DNA from: Roseibacillus sp. | GTDB taxonomy: Bacteria; Verrucomicrobiota; Verrucomicrobiia; Verrucomicrobiales; Akkermansiaceae | Assembly (NCBI GenBank): GCA_965242925.1 | Contig: CBDEUM010000022.1 | Coordinates: 192,001 to 256,000 of the forward strand | Direction of reading: 5' to 3' | DNA length: 64,000 bases | In this document: positions 1-10,097 of the stretch, one piece after another | Layout: the number at the start of each line of letters is the position of its first letter | Numbering within the stretch: position 1 is the first letter of the stretch | The notes under the pieces: model-generated | What the model was told of the DNA's origin: nothing | The model's database searches: none | Seen by the model: the letters and a program-made list of their open reading frames with translations, nothing else | Translations under genes and position numbers: made by a program

Positions 1-307
1 CCTCGCATGGACCGGTCTCACGTTGCTGCGACACCGCAGGGAAACGCTCTACTTCATTGGATTTGCTTCCCGGCACCCGGCCTCCGGCTTCGCCCTGGCT
101 GCCCTCATCCTCATCTACGCCTTCTCCCGCGTCTTCGGTTCGAGTGTATTCTGGCGCGCCTCCCTCGGCACGAACTACAATCCCGATATCCCCCCAATCT
201 GTCGGGGTTACCTCGAATTACTGGCCTGCTATTTCATCCTGCTCGCTGCCATCGGATTCTGCCTGCCTCTTATCCGGCGCCGCTACGGAATGATCTCTGA
301 ACCATGA
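1..307 (+). CDS. Partial (5'-truncated) integral membrane protein
   Basis: Frame open from position 2 to TGA at 305-307; hydrophobic segments; stop overlaps the ATG of the next gene (ATGA). Confidence 0.6.
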   Translation, partial: LAWTGLTLLRHRRETLYFIGFASRHPASGFALAALILIYAFSRVFGSSVFWRASLGTNYNPDIPPICRGYLELLACYFILLAAIGFCLPLIRRRYGMISEP

Positions 308-1683
308 GCCGCAATAGGAAAAGGGGTCTGCTCAAGCGACTCCAATGGGGGGTTGAGTGCTCGAGTTTCCTCGCCTTGGAACGCCTTGGCGCCTTCTTCG
401 CGATGCCCTCTCTCTGGCGCGCAGGAGCAGGACTTTCGGTGGTAGGTCGCCTCTTTTCCTCCCGTTGGAACATCGTCCGCAGCAACCTCCGGACCGCCGT
501 GGGCCCCACAACCAGCGAGGAAGAGATCTCCGTCCTTACGCGTGAGGTCTTCCGCCACACCGCTGCCAATCTCCTCACCGCCCTGAAGAGCGCCCAGCTG
601 CCCTCACCCCTCGTCCGGGAGGTGCTTGCACCTGAGAACATTGAGGTCTTCGAGCGCGCCTTCAGAAAGGGAAAAGGAGTCATTCTTGTCTCCGCCCACA
701 TGGGCAATTTCGAATTGCTGGCGCAGGGCCTGGGGGCCTTCCGGCCCGAGATCCGGATCGCAGGAATTTATCGTCCTCTCAACAACATCTACCTCGACAC
801 GATCATACGTGAACGGAGGGCTCATCGAGGCATGAAGTTGTTCGCGAAGCTCACTTCTTATCATGGTCCCATCAAGTGGGTGCGCAACCAGGGCGTACTC
901 GGAATTGTCGCCGACCAGCGGGCCGGTCGTTCCGGATCAATCACCCCCTTTTTCGGGCGCCTCATGTCCATGTCCCCGCTGCCCGCCTTCATCCACAAAC
1001 ACACCGGCGCTCCCATCATAGGAATCTCCATGAAGACCACCTCCCCGGGGAGGTGGAAGGTCGCGTTCCACGAACTTGAAATCAGCGAGGGGGAAAACGT
1101 CACCACCGCTCACATCGCCTCCCTCCTTGAAACAATCGTCACCCAGTCCATCGTCGACGTGTTCTGGATGCAGGATCTCTGGCGCATGAACATCAAGCGG
1201 CCTCTGGAAATCCCGGGCCGGAAAGGACCGATTCGCCTGGAGGGTGACCGCAACAAACCTCTCTACCCCTTCTCCATCCTTGTCCGTGTTCCTGACAACG
1301 GGCGGGAATTCGCACAAACGATCCCGGCTCTCACCGCCCTCGCGCATTCACGCCCCGACTGCGATCTGCATCTTCTCGCAAGGGAACGGATCCGGGACGC
1401 GGCAGACAGCTCCGGAGTGGCCCACACGTTCCACTCCATCGAGGCCAACAAACTCCCTCCCGGCCTCGTTCTCGCCATCGCCTTCACCGACCACGAGCGC
1501 ACCGCCCGGGAACTCGCCCATCTCTACGCGGGCCCCACCTACACCCTGTCCGCTGCCATGCAATCCAGGGAAAACTGGCACTCCATCCCGATTGAGGAGA
1601 GTCTCTCCCCGGAGGCCCGCTGGCTCGGATTGGCCAGATCGCTTGGAATGCACGATCCACCCCTGCAATGGACGTATGTCTGA
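304..1683 (+). CDS. lpxL: Lipid A late acyltransferase (LpxL/HtrB family) fused to a degenerate GT9-like C-terminal domain
   Basis: GKGVILVSAHMGNFE catalytic motif, ADQ, PFFGR. The C-terminal SILVRVPDNGREFAQTIPALTAL resembles the N-terminus of GT9 heptosyltransferases. Confidence 0.8.
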   Translation: MSRNRKRGLLKRLQWGVECSSFLALERLGAFFAMPSLWRAGAGLSVVGRLFSSRWNIVRSNLRTAVGPTTSEEEISVLTREVFRHTAANLLTALKSAQLPSPLVREVLAPENIEVFERAFRKGKGVILVSAHMGNFELLAQGLGAFRPEIRIAGIYRPLNNIYLDTIIRERRAHRGMKLFAKLTSYHGPIKWVRNQGVLGIVADQRAGRSGSITPFFGRLMSMSPLPAFIHKHTGAPIIGISMKTTSPGRWKVAFHELEISEGENVTTAHIASLLETIVTQSIVDVFWMQDLWRMNIKRPLEIPGRKGPIRLEGDRNKPLYPFSILVRVPDNGREFAQTIPALTALAHSRPDCDLHLLARERIRDAADSSGVAHTFHSIEANKLPPGLVLAIAFTDHERTARELAHLYAGPTYTLSAAMQSRENWHSIPIEESLSPEARWLGLARSLGMHDPPLQWTYV

Positions 1684-2587
1684 CTCCCGCACCATCGAGA
1701 ATGCCGGTTCCAATCCTGAGGCTCCGCTCCTCTGGCTCGTCACCGATGGCAAGACCGGTCACGAAAATCAAACCCGCGCCCTGGCGGAGAATCTCCAGGC
1801 TCTGGCTCCATTTCGGATTCATGAAGGAGGCACTTCCATGGGCGGATTGCTGCAGAGTAAAGAACGTGCCTCCCTGGTCATCGGCACAGGCCATCGCACC
1901 CACCTTGCCCTTCTCGCCGCGGCCCGGCGCTTCGACTGCCCTTCGGTGGTCATCATGAAACCAACCATCCCAACGGTATTTTTCGATCTTTGCTTCATTC
2001 CCGAACACGATCTTGGCAGACCCCCGGGTCCCAATGTGGTTCCCACCAAGGGCATGCTCAACCGCGTCCCGGTCGAAAGCCCCCCAAAGCAGGAGCGCGG
2101 GCTCATCCTGGTTGGAGGCCCCTCCAGGCATCACGGGTTTGAGGCAGAACCCCTGATGGCGATCATCAGGAAAATCCTGGCGGACCGGACCGGACTGGCC
2201 TGGGATCTCACCGACTCGCGACGGACTCCGGAGGAGTTTCGCGAACATCTGGGCAAACTCGACCTGCAGTTCCATCCATCGACCGAATGTCCGGACGACT
2301 GGCTTCTCGACGCCCTGCTGGCGGCCCGAGAGATCTGGGTCACCGAGGACAGCATGTCCATGATCTACGAGGCCCTCACCGCGCGAGCCAGAGTAGGTCT
2401 CCTGCCCATGCCACGGAAATCCAATCGTAGCCGGGTGGCGCGCAGCGTCGACCGACTGGTCAGGGAAGGCTGGACCTGTTTCCCTGATGCCAGAGCGTCA
2501 TCCGAACTCACCGCCCCTCCGGCCGTCCTGCACGAAGCATCGCGCTGCGCGCGCGAAGTCCTGCAACGCTTCCCCGCTCTCGCATGA
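1676..2587 (+). CDS. ELM1/GtrOC1-family putative glycosyltransferase
   Basis: WLVTDGKTGHENQ, LILVGGPSRH and WVTEDSMSMIYEAL motifs; ATG 1676 overlaps the upstream stop. Confidence 0.85.
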   Translation: MSDSRTIENAGSNPEAPLLWLVTDGKTGHENQTRALAENLQALAPFRIHEGGTSMGGLLQSKERASLVIGTGHRTHLALLAAARRFDCPSVVIMKPTIPTVFFDLCFIPEHDLGRPPGPNVVPTKGMLNRVPVESPPKQERGLILVGGPSRHHGFEAEPLMAIIRKILADRTGLAWDLTDSRRTPEEFREHLGKLDLQFHPSTECPDDWLLDALLAAREIWVTEDSMSMIYEALTARARVGLLPMPRKSNRSRVARSVDRLVREGWTCFPDARASSELTAPPAVLHEASRCAREVLQRFPALA

Positions 2588-3672
2588 AAGTCCTGCAGAT
2601 CCTTCCCGAACTCAATAGTGGCGGAGTAGAACGCGGCACGCTCGAACTGGCAGGATACCTGGTGGAGCACGGGCATGAATCGGTGGTGATTTCCAACGGT
2701 GGCAGCATGGTGGAGGCGTTGGAAGCGGCCGGAGCACGTCACATCCAGATGCCCGTGCATCATAAGTCGCCGAAGGCTCTTCTGCAGGTCCGGGCTTTAC
2801 GACGGGTTCTGGCCGCGGAACGCCCATCGATCCTCCACCTGCGTTCCCGCCTGCCCGCGTGGATCGGCTATCTCGCCCGGAAACGGATGGACCGTGACCT
2901 GCAGCCGGTCCTGGTCAGCACGGTACACGGCTTCAATTCGGTGAATGCCTACTCGCGGATAATGACAATGGCCGAGCGGGTCATTGCTGTTTCCGGTTGC
3001 ATCAGGGAGCATGTGCTGCAGCACTATCCCGGTTGTCCCGGGGAGAACATTCACGTCATTCCCCGTGGTGTGGATCCAGAGATCTACAACCCTGACCATC
3101 AACCTGACGACCATTGGAGGTCGAAATGGGAGGAGGATTTCCCCGAACTGCAGGGCAGGAAACTGGTGACTCTTCCCGGGCGTATAACCCGCCTGAAGGG
3201 TCACGAGGATCTCTTTGATATCATGGGGAAACTGCCCGCCGAATTCCACGGCGTGGTGGCGGGGGGAACCCACCCGCGAAAACAGTCCTATCTGAAGGAG
3301 CTCCAGTCCCGGCTCTCCGAGATGAACCTTGGCAAGCGGGTCACCTTCATAGGCCAACGCAGGGACATGCGCGAAGTGCTTGCCGAATCCAGCATCGTGG
3401 TTTCACTGTCGCAGAGTCCGGAGTCCTTCGGGCGAACCACTCTTGAAGCGCTGTCACTGGGGACTCCCGTGATAGGATACCATCATGGAGGAGTGGGAGA
3501 AATACTGCGCAGCTGCTTTCCTGAAGGGCGGGTGCAAAAGGGAGACCTGGGCAGGGTCGTGCAGTTGATTCATGATTTTGCAGAGAACGTCCCGCCCATC
3601 CAGGCACCTGGAGACTTCACCCTGGATCGAATGCTCTCCTCTACGCTCTCACTTTATCTCGGTGCAGTTTAA
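2584..3672 (+). CDS. GT4 family glycosyltransferase
   Basis: LPELNSGGVERGT, GRITRLKG and PESFGRTTLEA motifs. Confidence 0.92.
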   Translation: MKVLQILPELNSGGVERGTLELAGYLVEHGHESVVISNGGSMVEALEAAGARHIQMPVHHKSPKALLQVRALRRVLAAERPSILHLRSRLPAWIGYLARKRMDRDLQPVLVSTVHGFNSVNAYSRIMTMAERVIAVSGCIREHVLQHYPGCPGENIHVIPRGVDPEIYNPDHQPDDHWRSKWEEDFPELQGRKLVTLPGRITRLKGHEDLFDIMGKLPAEFHGVVAGGTHPRKQSYLKELQSRLSEMNLGKRVTFIGQRRDMREVLAESSIVVSLSQSPESFGRTTLEALSLGTPVIGYHHGGVGEILRSCFPEGRVQKGDLGRVVQLIHDFAENVPPIQAPGDFTLDRMLSSTLSLYLGAV

Positions 3673-3826
3673 TCTTGGCAGTGACAGGGAAGATCGCACA
3701 CTTGCGCAGGGGCAACACCCGGCGCATTTGTCGGACTCGGCCCCCTTCCATTTCCTTCCGGACCGGAGAAACGGTCTCGAGGATTTCCAAACAGAGTATT
3801 TCAGATCCTAAGATCGAAGTGGTGAG

Positions 3827-5041
3827 ATGGCATTGCTGGACAATTGCATCAGGGGAATCAGGGAGGGGCCGTGGACGCTGCTTCAGTTGCGGGGGGACTT
3901 GATCAGCAGCGCGGATGTGAATGGTGATGACGTCGATTTCCTGACTTCTCCCGAGTCACTTGAACTTCTGCTGAAATCGGTCTTTGAGTGGACCAGGAAC
4001 GGGTGGTGCCATGGGCATGTCCGGCGCCGCCTGAACCGGAAGGCCGAACTTTGCCTCTTTTCCCCGGAAGGTTCCGCGTGCCTGAAACTGGATCTCTGGC
4101 TTCGCCTCCCTCAACTGGACGAGGGCCGCACCCTGATCCTGGAGAACTGTGTCGAGCTGTTGTCAGGAACCGGCATTCAGCGCCTTCCCCTGAGACTGGA
4201 AGTGGCCCTCTACCTGCAGCATCTGCTGGCCAAAAAAAAGGATCTGAGGGAGGACAAGTACCGCAAATCCCTGGCCGATTACCGCCAGCGGTGTCCGGAA
4301 TTCGCACTCGACCTGGAGAGGGTGGAGGAACTGGGAATCATTCCGGGGGAGGTGAAGGAGCACAGCGCCGGGACTCTAAGGGAGGCTTTCGGAGAATCGC
4401 CGGCGCGAAAGACGTCTCTTCTTGGTATTCATGAGGAAGGGTTCCTCTCTTACCCACGGACCGTGAAGGCGATCTCGGTGATGGGATGTGATGGCGCGGG
4501 CAAGACCTCCCTCTCGTGGTCGCTTGCGGAGCTTGAGAAACGGTATGCGAGGGTCTTTACCGGGAAGCACCTCTACCGGAAGTCGTGGCTCTACAAACTT
4601 GCGGTGATCTTCATTCGGCCATTCACCTTTCAGTCACGTGAACGATTTGATGAACTCTTCGCTCCACTGGTTTACCTGCGTGCCTGCCTGGGATTGCGGA
4701 TAAAACTTCTCCGATGGAAGCGGGGCATCACCCTGATTGACCGGGGTCTCCTTGATTTCATGTATCTCAACCGGAAAAGTGATCGTCCGGGCTTCTCCCG
4801 TCTCTTTTTCCTGAGCCGCCTGTGCGGAAAGCGCATCCCCGTAGTACATGTGATGGCGGACTATGCAGCGATCAGACAGCGCAAGGACGAAGTCAGCGAG
4901 AAGGGACATGAATGTTACGACATGGACATGTGGCAGGCGCATGCACTGCGATGTCCAACCGATTACCTGGCTTTCAACAACACGGGTTCGCTCAAGAGCT
5001 CCTCTCAGACCCTCGATCAGGTCCTCCGGGAACTATCCTGA
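3827..5041 (+). CDS. Nucleotidyltransferase-like domain fused to a thymidylate-kinase-like P-loop domain
   Basis: N-terminal GDDVDFL (NTase-like). C-terminal VMGCDGAGKTS Walker A and LIDRG (dTMP-kinase DR motif). Confidence 0.65.
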   Translation: MALLDNCIRGIREGPWTLLQLRGDLISSADVNGDDVDFLTSPESLELLLKSVFEWTRNGWCHGHVRRRLNRKAELCLFSPEGSACLKLDLWLRLPQLDEGRTLILENCVELLSGTGIQRLPLRLEVALYLQHLLAKKKDLREDKYRKSLADYRQRCPEFALDLERVEELGIIPGEVKEHSAGTLREAFGESPARKTSLLGIHEEGFLSYPRTVKAISVMGCDGAGKTSLSWSLAELEKRYARVFTGKHLYRKSWLYKLAVIFIRPFTFQSRERFDELFAPLVYLRACLGLRIKLLRWKRGITLIDRGLLDFMYLNRKSDRPGFSRLFFLSRLCGKRIPVVHVMADYAAIRQRKDEVSEKGHECYDMDMWQAHALRCPTDYLAFNNTGSLKSSSQTLDQVLRELS

Positions 5042-5844
5042 GGCAGACCCGGGAAGACTTCCCGAAGGACATCGCATACTGCATCTTCGCGTGCAAGGCG
5101 CTGAAGCCTTGAAAAAATAAAATCCAACCCGGCTGACCGGATCTCGGCAGGAACAATGGCATTCAGCAGGGTTCCCAGACGCCTCAAGTCAGACTTGAGG
5201 TCCGCCCCTCCTCTACGGGGTTTTGTACAGTCTTCGATCAGGCGCAGGTAATCGAAGGCCTTCTGCTGGTCCTCTCGAATCCACGGAGCCGGTCCGAACT
5301 CAAAGTCAATCAGACAGGTCCTCGCGGAGCAGGGATCAAAGAGAACATTGCCGAGATTCAGGTCCAGGTGAGTCAACCCAGTCCCGTGCATGGAGGCGAG
5401 CGCGGGAAGAACGGTCTCCAGCAGGGACCAGATCTCCCCGGAATCCGCTACAAGTCGTCGCGAGGCCCGGTCCCACGGCAACCAAGAACAAACCATGAAA
5501 TCAGGACCCCGCACAAGCGGTTCGGGAGAAAGACCAAGAGGAAAGAGCATCGAGTAGGCATGCCACTCGCGCTCAATCCGTCCGCGGTCGTCCAGAGGGA
5601 TGCCCGGATCGAGAGGGCCAATAGGATCCTGCTGATCCTTGGTGGGGTTATTAAGCCGGAGGATCCCCAGGCGTCTGCCTCCTTCCACGGTGAAGATCTC
5701 ATCGTACCCTCCTTTCATCGGGGCCGGAACAAGTCGAACGGATTCGCCCAGAGCCTTGCCGATTTCATCCTCCAATTCACGACAGCGTGGGGCGATGGCG
5801 GCGATTTCGCGCCTTCTTCGAACCCATCGCTTGAGAGATTTCAT
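5017..5844 (-). CDS. Protein-kinase-like fold phosphotransferase (Kdo/WaaP/APH-like)
   Basis: HLDLNLGNVL catalytic loop and LIDFEFG; ATG at 5844. Confidence 0.75.
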   Translation of the reverse strand: MKSLKRWVRRRREIAAIAPRCRELEDEIGKALGESVRLVPAPMKGGYDEIFTVEGGRRLGILRLNNPTKDQQDPIGPLDPGIPLDDRGRIEREWHAYSMLFPLGLSPEPLVRGPDFMVCSWLPWDRASRRLVADSGEIWSLLETVLPALASMHGTGLTHLDLNLGNVLFDPCSARTCLIDFEFGPAPWIREDQQKAFDYLRLIEDCTKPRRGGADLKSDLRRLGTLLNAIVPAEIRSAGLDFIFSRLQRLAREDAVCDVLREVFPGLPQDSSRRT

Positions 5845-5851
5845 CGTAGAA

Positions 5852-6652
5852 CTAGACGTGGGCAATGACGACAAGATCCTGGAATCCCTTCCCGGGGATC
5901 CGGACAGGATCCGGGTAATCATCAACTGGCAATCCTTCCCCCTGCATCAGATTATCAAGTTGATATTCCCCGGGGTAGAGCCCGGAAAAATAGTGCTCCA
6001 CCTTCCTGAAGCGGGAAGAGATTTCTTCGATGAGGTCCAGGCCTATGGTTCGGGAACGGTCGTTTCTCCACTCCCCGAATTCATCAGTCATCAAGCAAGT
6101 GTAGGATTCCGCAATGATTGCCACTCCCCCGGGCTTCAGGATGCGCCGGATCTCATCAAGGCAGGCGGCGAGGTTCGGGGGAACATTCAGGACCCGGGAA
6201 ACAAGCAGGGCGTCATAAGAAAAATCCGGAAAGCTGAGGTCCTGGAGGTCCTCCTGGAAATCGACATTTTTTTTGAGGAGGTCGGCACTATGGCAGGTTT
6301 CAAAGCGGGCCAAGAGTAATTTCCGGAGGCACTCTTCAGGGGCGATATGCAGAACTGATTTTCCAGCGGGAGACCAGTCCTGAAAGAGCTCTTCGAGCAC
6401 CAGATGTGTCATGCGGTGCCTTTCGGCAGAGGCGCAACGGGGACACTTTGAATGAAGGCGAAGCAGAGGAGGTGCTTTCACGATTCGCTTGTCCTTGAAT
6501 GGACCGCGATAGTCGCATATGGGACAGTGGAAATGCGGTCGGGGGGATAGCGCCCGGAACATGGCGGGGCGAATCCACCGTTTCAGGGTCTCGGTCCACT
6601 GTTGTCTCACTTCAGAGTATCGCAATCTTATCTGCCAGTCTCCCCCAAGCAC
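5852..6652 (-). CDS. Class I SAM-dependent methyltransferase with N-terminal Zn ribbon
   Basis: CPIC...CPRCASAERHR, VLHIAPE, DLQDLSFPD and EIRRILKPGG; start codon uncertain. Confidence 0.82.
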   Translation of the reverse strand: MLGGDWQIRLRYSEVRQQWTETLKRWIRPAMFRALSPRPHFHCPICDYRGPFKDKRIVKAPPLLRLHSKCPRCASAERHRMTHLVLEELFQDWSPAGKSVLHIAPEECLRKLLLARFETCHSADLLKKNVDFQEDLQDLSFPDFSYDALLVSRVLNVPPNLAACLDEIRRILKPGGVAIIAESYTCLMTDEFGEWRNDRSRTIGLDLIEEISSRFRKVEHYFSGLYPGEYQLDNLMQGEGLPVDDYPDPVRIPGKGFQDLVVIAHV

Positions 6653-6655
6653 AGA

Positions 6656-7354
6656 TCATTCTCCGCGGTGTCTCAGGAAACCCTGATCCCAGCTGCTCTT
6701 CTCCCGCAACTCATCGGTGACCCCGCCGGACTTCGCAAACGAAACGATTCGGGGCCATGCTCTGGCCAGTCGCTTGGCGACTTTCCGTCGACCCAGGGAA
6801 GGAATCCAACGGGCCAGGGGTAGCCACGCCGGATCGCCCACACCATCGATCAAAACCAGACGCCACCGGTCATTGCCCAGGTCCTTCGCGACAAGGTTGT
6901 GATCATGCAGATTCCGGGTCAGGATACGATGAGACAGGAGGAATTCGGAAAACTCCTTATACGCCAGCTCCAGTCGCCCGGGGTCAACACCAGTGGAGGC
7001 CAACTCCCTGATTGAACGGGAGATCCTCCCATCATGATCGCGGACAAGGTCAAGCACGAGTCCTGGGCCCAGGTCGGTCTCCTCAAAGCCGTGGCAAAGA
7101 GGAAGATGTGCGGCCATGACATCTCCAATGCGAAGATGAACCCGGTGGAGTTCTCTGGCTTCATCAGCATTGTTGTCATACTTCCGCCTCCAACGTAGTG
7201 GAACCCACCTTCTCTTCGCTGACAGGCGGACGGTTCGACGATCATCCGTTCGCAGCACTTTGACGCATCTTGATGCATTTTCCGGGTGCACATAACATTC
7301 GCGCCGTCCTCCGACACCGAAAGGCTCAAGGTTTTTCAGTTTCAAAGAATCCAT
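6656..7354 (-). CDS. YrbL-family kinase-like protein
   Basis: GVGGRRECYVHP, CVKV, ETDLGPGLV, NLHDHNLV and LVLIDGVG. Confidence 0.82.
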   Translation of the reverse strand: MDSLKLKNLEPFGVGGRRECYVHPENASRCVKVLRTDDRRTVRLSAKRRWVPLRWRRKYDNNADEARELHRVHLRIGDVMAAHLPLCHGFEETDLGPGLVLDLVRDHDGRISRSIRELASTGVDPGRLELAYKEFSEFLLSHRILTRNLHDHNLVAKDLGNDRWRLVLIDGVGDPAWLPLARWIPSLGRRKVAKRLARAWPRIVSFAKSGGVTDELREKSSWDQGFLRHRGE

Positions 7355-7357
7355 CAC

Positions 7358-8173
7358 TCACTTGCTCAGGCCACGCTTACCGCCACGCATGCGCAGCACA
7401 AACCCCGGCATTCCTTCCTTCCCGGATATTTTTACCCGCGGGATCTCGTAGGGAGAAAGAGGGGGAGACCCCATCACTCCCGGTTCCACGGTCACGGCCG
7501 CCAGATAGCCCGCCTCCTCTGCCATCCTGCAATGGCGCGGCTCGTAAATTCCGAAGGGATAGGCGAAGGTTGGGGGGATTACGCCGAAGCGTTCTGCAAA
7601 GTCCTGCCGGGCTGCCAGGATTTCCCTCCGGGCATCTTCGGTCGAAATCTTACTGAGATTGGCATGGGTGGTGGTGTGTCCCCCCAGTTCCCAGCGTCCG
7701 GTGGCGAGCAATTCACGAACTTCCTCGTCACTGAGCTTCGGCTCCGAGGCAAGTTCATCATCCGGGTGATGCGCCTTCTTCTTGCTCGACCAGGAACCCT
7801 CGCGTTCGGTGACGAGATACAGGGTGGCCTTCCCCTCAAATTCGGCCAGGATCCGGTCGGCCTCAAGGAGGTTGTCACGGTAGCCATCGTCGAAGGTGAG
7901 GCAGACTGCCGGCATGGGAGGAGAGGTAGCGAGCAACTCGCTGGCGTGGAGAAAGGTGAATTCTTTTCTGCGGAGCCAGCTTACTTGTTTTCGAAATTCA
8001 TCCGGCGGAACCCGGAGTTTGTTGAACCGGGTGCCGGGACGGTGGCAACAGACCATGTGATACATCAGCACCCGTGGCCGGTTCCAGGGGGTCGCCGGCC
8101 TCCACCAGGCGTAGCGCCAGCTGAGCCACAGGAGCGTCAGGATCGAAAGACCCGCAAGGAGGGGCGTGATCAT
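7358..8173 (-). CDS. Polysaccharide deacetylase (CE4) with N-terminal membrane anchor
   Basis: VLMYH, LTFDDGY, GGHTTTH and FAYPFG. Confidence 0.9.
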   Translation of the reverse strand: MITPLLAGLSILTLLWLSWRYAWWRPATPWNRPRVLMYHMVCCHRPGTRFNKLRVPPDEFRKQVSWLRRKEFTFLHASELLATSPPMPAVCLTFDDGYRDNLLEADRILAEFEGKATLYLVTEREGSWSSKKKAHHPDDELASEPKLSDEEVRELLATGRWELGGHTTTHANLSKISTEDARREILAARQDFAERFGVIPPTFAYPFGIYEPRHCRMAEEAGYLAAVTVEPGVMGSPPLSPYEIPRVKISGKEGMPGFVLRMRGGKRGLSK

Positions 8174-8299
8174 GGAAGAGGAGAAAACAATGAGAGCCCG
8201 CAATGGCGGGAAACGCAGGTCGGCGTGGCCGATCCCGGAAAACTGTCTTTCTCACCTGGGATGACAGGAAACAGCACCCTCTTTGAATTTCCCGCCATC

Positions 8300-10039
8300 C
8301 TACTCGAACTTCTGCCGTTGCCGGAGTTCGCGGTAGAGCGCACAGCTTTTCTCCAGCTCTTCATTCGTCCCATCGCCAACCACCACGCCCCGTTCAAAAA
8401 CCAGGATGCGGTTCACAACGCTAAGCGTGCTGAAACGATGCGCGATGATGAAGACCGTCTTGTCCCTCGTCAGTTCCAGCAGGGCCTGTTGCACAAGCGC
8501 CTCATTATCAGAGTCCAGAGCCGAGGCCGCCTCGTCCAGCACCAGGATGGGTGCCTTGCGCAGGAAGGCCCGGGCCAGGGCCAGACGCTGCCGCTGCCCC
8601 CCTGAAAGACGCGTCCCCTTCTCACCCATGGTGGTCTCGTAGCCATTTTCCATCCCGGTGATGAAATCGTGGGCCCGTGCCTGCCGGGCGGCCTCGAAGA
8701 CTTCTTCGTCACTGGCGTCCGGCCGACCGATGAGAATATTCTCCCTGGCCGTAGAATTGAAGAGAAGAGGCTCCTGCGGCACAAAGGAAATCGCATCATG
8801 CAGATCCTTCTGCCTCATGCGCCGGAGATCGTGCCCATCAAGTAACACGACCCCTTTGGCAGGATCATAGAACCGCAGGATCAGGTTGATGAAAGTTGTC
8901 TTGCCGGCTCCGCTCGGCCCCACGATCCCAACCACTTCTCCCGGATCGATCTTCACGCTCACCTCCCTGAGCACAGTTTCCTCCACATACGCGAAGGAGA
9001 CTCCCTTGAAAGTAATCTCTCCGCGCACCTCGCCCAGTTCGATCGGGGACTCGGGATCGATTACCTCAGGCTCCTGATGAGAGATGTCTTCCAATCGGTC
9101 GAGGGAAGCCTCCATGCTCTTGAGGTGGGCCGCAATCTTGCCCAACCGTTTGACGGGTTCGTAGCAGAAGTAAAGAGCCCCCAGGAGAGGAACCAATTCC
9201 TGGAGTCCGACACCGTTGCGCCCTGAATACACAATGACACCCGCGATGCCGATGACTGCGACAAACTCCACCAGGGGGGCGACTGCACGCTCGTACTTGA
9301 GAACCTTGAGCTGCCATTTCATCAGCTCCCGTACGCGTCGCCTCATCCCGGCCACCTGGTCGTCCTGCAGATTGAAGGCGCGGATCTCCCGTGATGCCTG
9401 CACACTATCGGTCACGTAGGCCGAAACATCCCCCACCTGGGCCTGCAGTTTCTTCGCACGTTGTTTCAACTTCCTGGCCAGCCAGCGGATGGGAAGAACG
9501 CAGGCAGGCACACTCATCAGAAAGGCCAGGATAAAGACAAACTCCCTGTTTTCGATGGAGAGATAGACGATGACACCCGCCGCCCCGAGCAGGGTGAACG
9601 GTTGCTTGATGATATCGTTGGTGACATTGATGATGCCGGCACGAAGGATCTCGGTATCCGTGATGAGACGGCTCACCGTATCCCCGCTACGACGTCGCTG
9701 AAAAAACGATAACGAGAGTTTCTGGAGGTGAGCAAAGGCGTCCGTCCGCAGCGCCTCCAGGACCCGCTGCCCACAGTAGGCCATCCCATACATGTTCGCG
9801 AACTGAGACACACTCCGGAGTCCCATCCCCGCGATCAGAACAGCGGCAATTACCAGGAGATCACCCAGCGGGACCGGCTGTTCCCCTTCTACCCAGATTC
9901 TGGGGAGCACCTCCTTGATAATGACCGGAATTCCCGCCCCACTGGCCAGTCCGTAAATCAACCCGGCGAGAAGCGCGCCGACAAACTGCCAGCGCACCGG
10001 TCGGAGGTAGCGTGTGTAGGGCCGAAGGCGCTTGAGCAC
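8300..10039 (-). CDS. MsbA-like ABC exporter (TM + ATPase)
   Basis: TM domain, [16 protein letters not shown] and ILVLDEA; lies next to LPS genes. Confidence 0.92.
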   Translation of the reverse strand: MLKRLRPYTRYLRPVRWQFVGALLAGLIYGLASGAGIPVIIKEVLPRIWVEGEQPVPLGDLLVIAAVLIAGMGLRSVSQFANMYGMAYCGQRVLEALRTDAFAHLQKLSLSFFQRRRSGDTVSRLITDTEILRAGIINVTNDIIKQPFTLLGAAGVIVYLSIENREFVFILAFLMSVPACVLPIRWLARKLKQRAKKLQAQVGDVSAYVTDSVQASREIRAFNLQDDQVAGMRRRVRELMKWQLKVLKYERAVAPLVEFVAVIGIAGVIVYSGRNGVGLQELVPLLGALYFCYEPVKRLGKIAAHLKSMEASLDRLEDISHQEPEVIDPESPIELGEVRGEITFKGVSFAYVEETVLREVSVKIDPGEVVGIVGPSGAGKTTFINLILRFYDPAKGVVLLDGHDLRRMRQKDLHDAISFVPQEPLLFNSTARENILIGRPDASDEEVFEAARQARAHDFITGMENGYETTMGEKGTRLSGGQRQRLALARAFLRKAPILVLDEAASALDSDNEALVQQALLELTRDKTVFIIAHRFSTLSVVNRILVFERGVVVGDGTNEELEKSCALYRELRQRQKFE

Positions 10040-10097
10040 GTGTCGGCAGTGTCAGGGTTTCCGAAGCAATTCGCAAGCTTTTGGAGTGCGGTAATCC

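Noticed and set aside
3675..3902. 75-aa ORF between the GT4 gene and the P-loop fusion gene
   Set aside because: TTG start, overlaps the next gene and has no motif; probably non-coding.
7286..8605. 439-aa plus-strand ORF and similar antisense ORFs (e.g. 23940-25523, 53930-55216, 56317-57936)
   Set aside because: They overlap recognisable genes on the opposite strand and have no domain signal.
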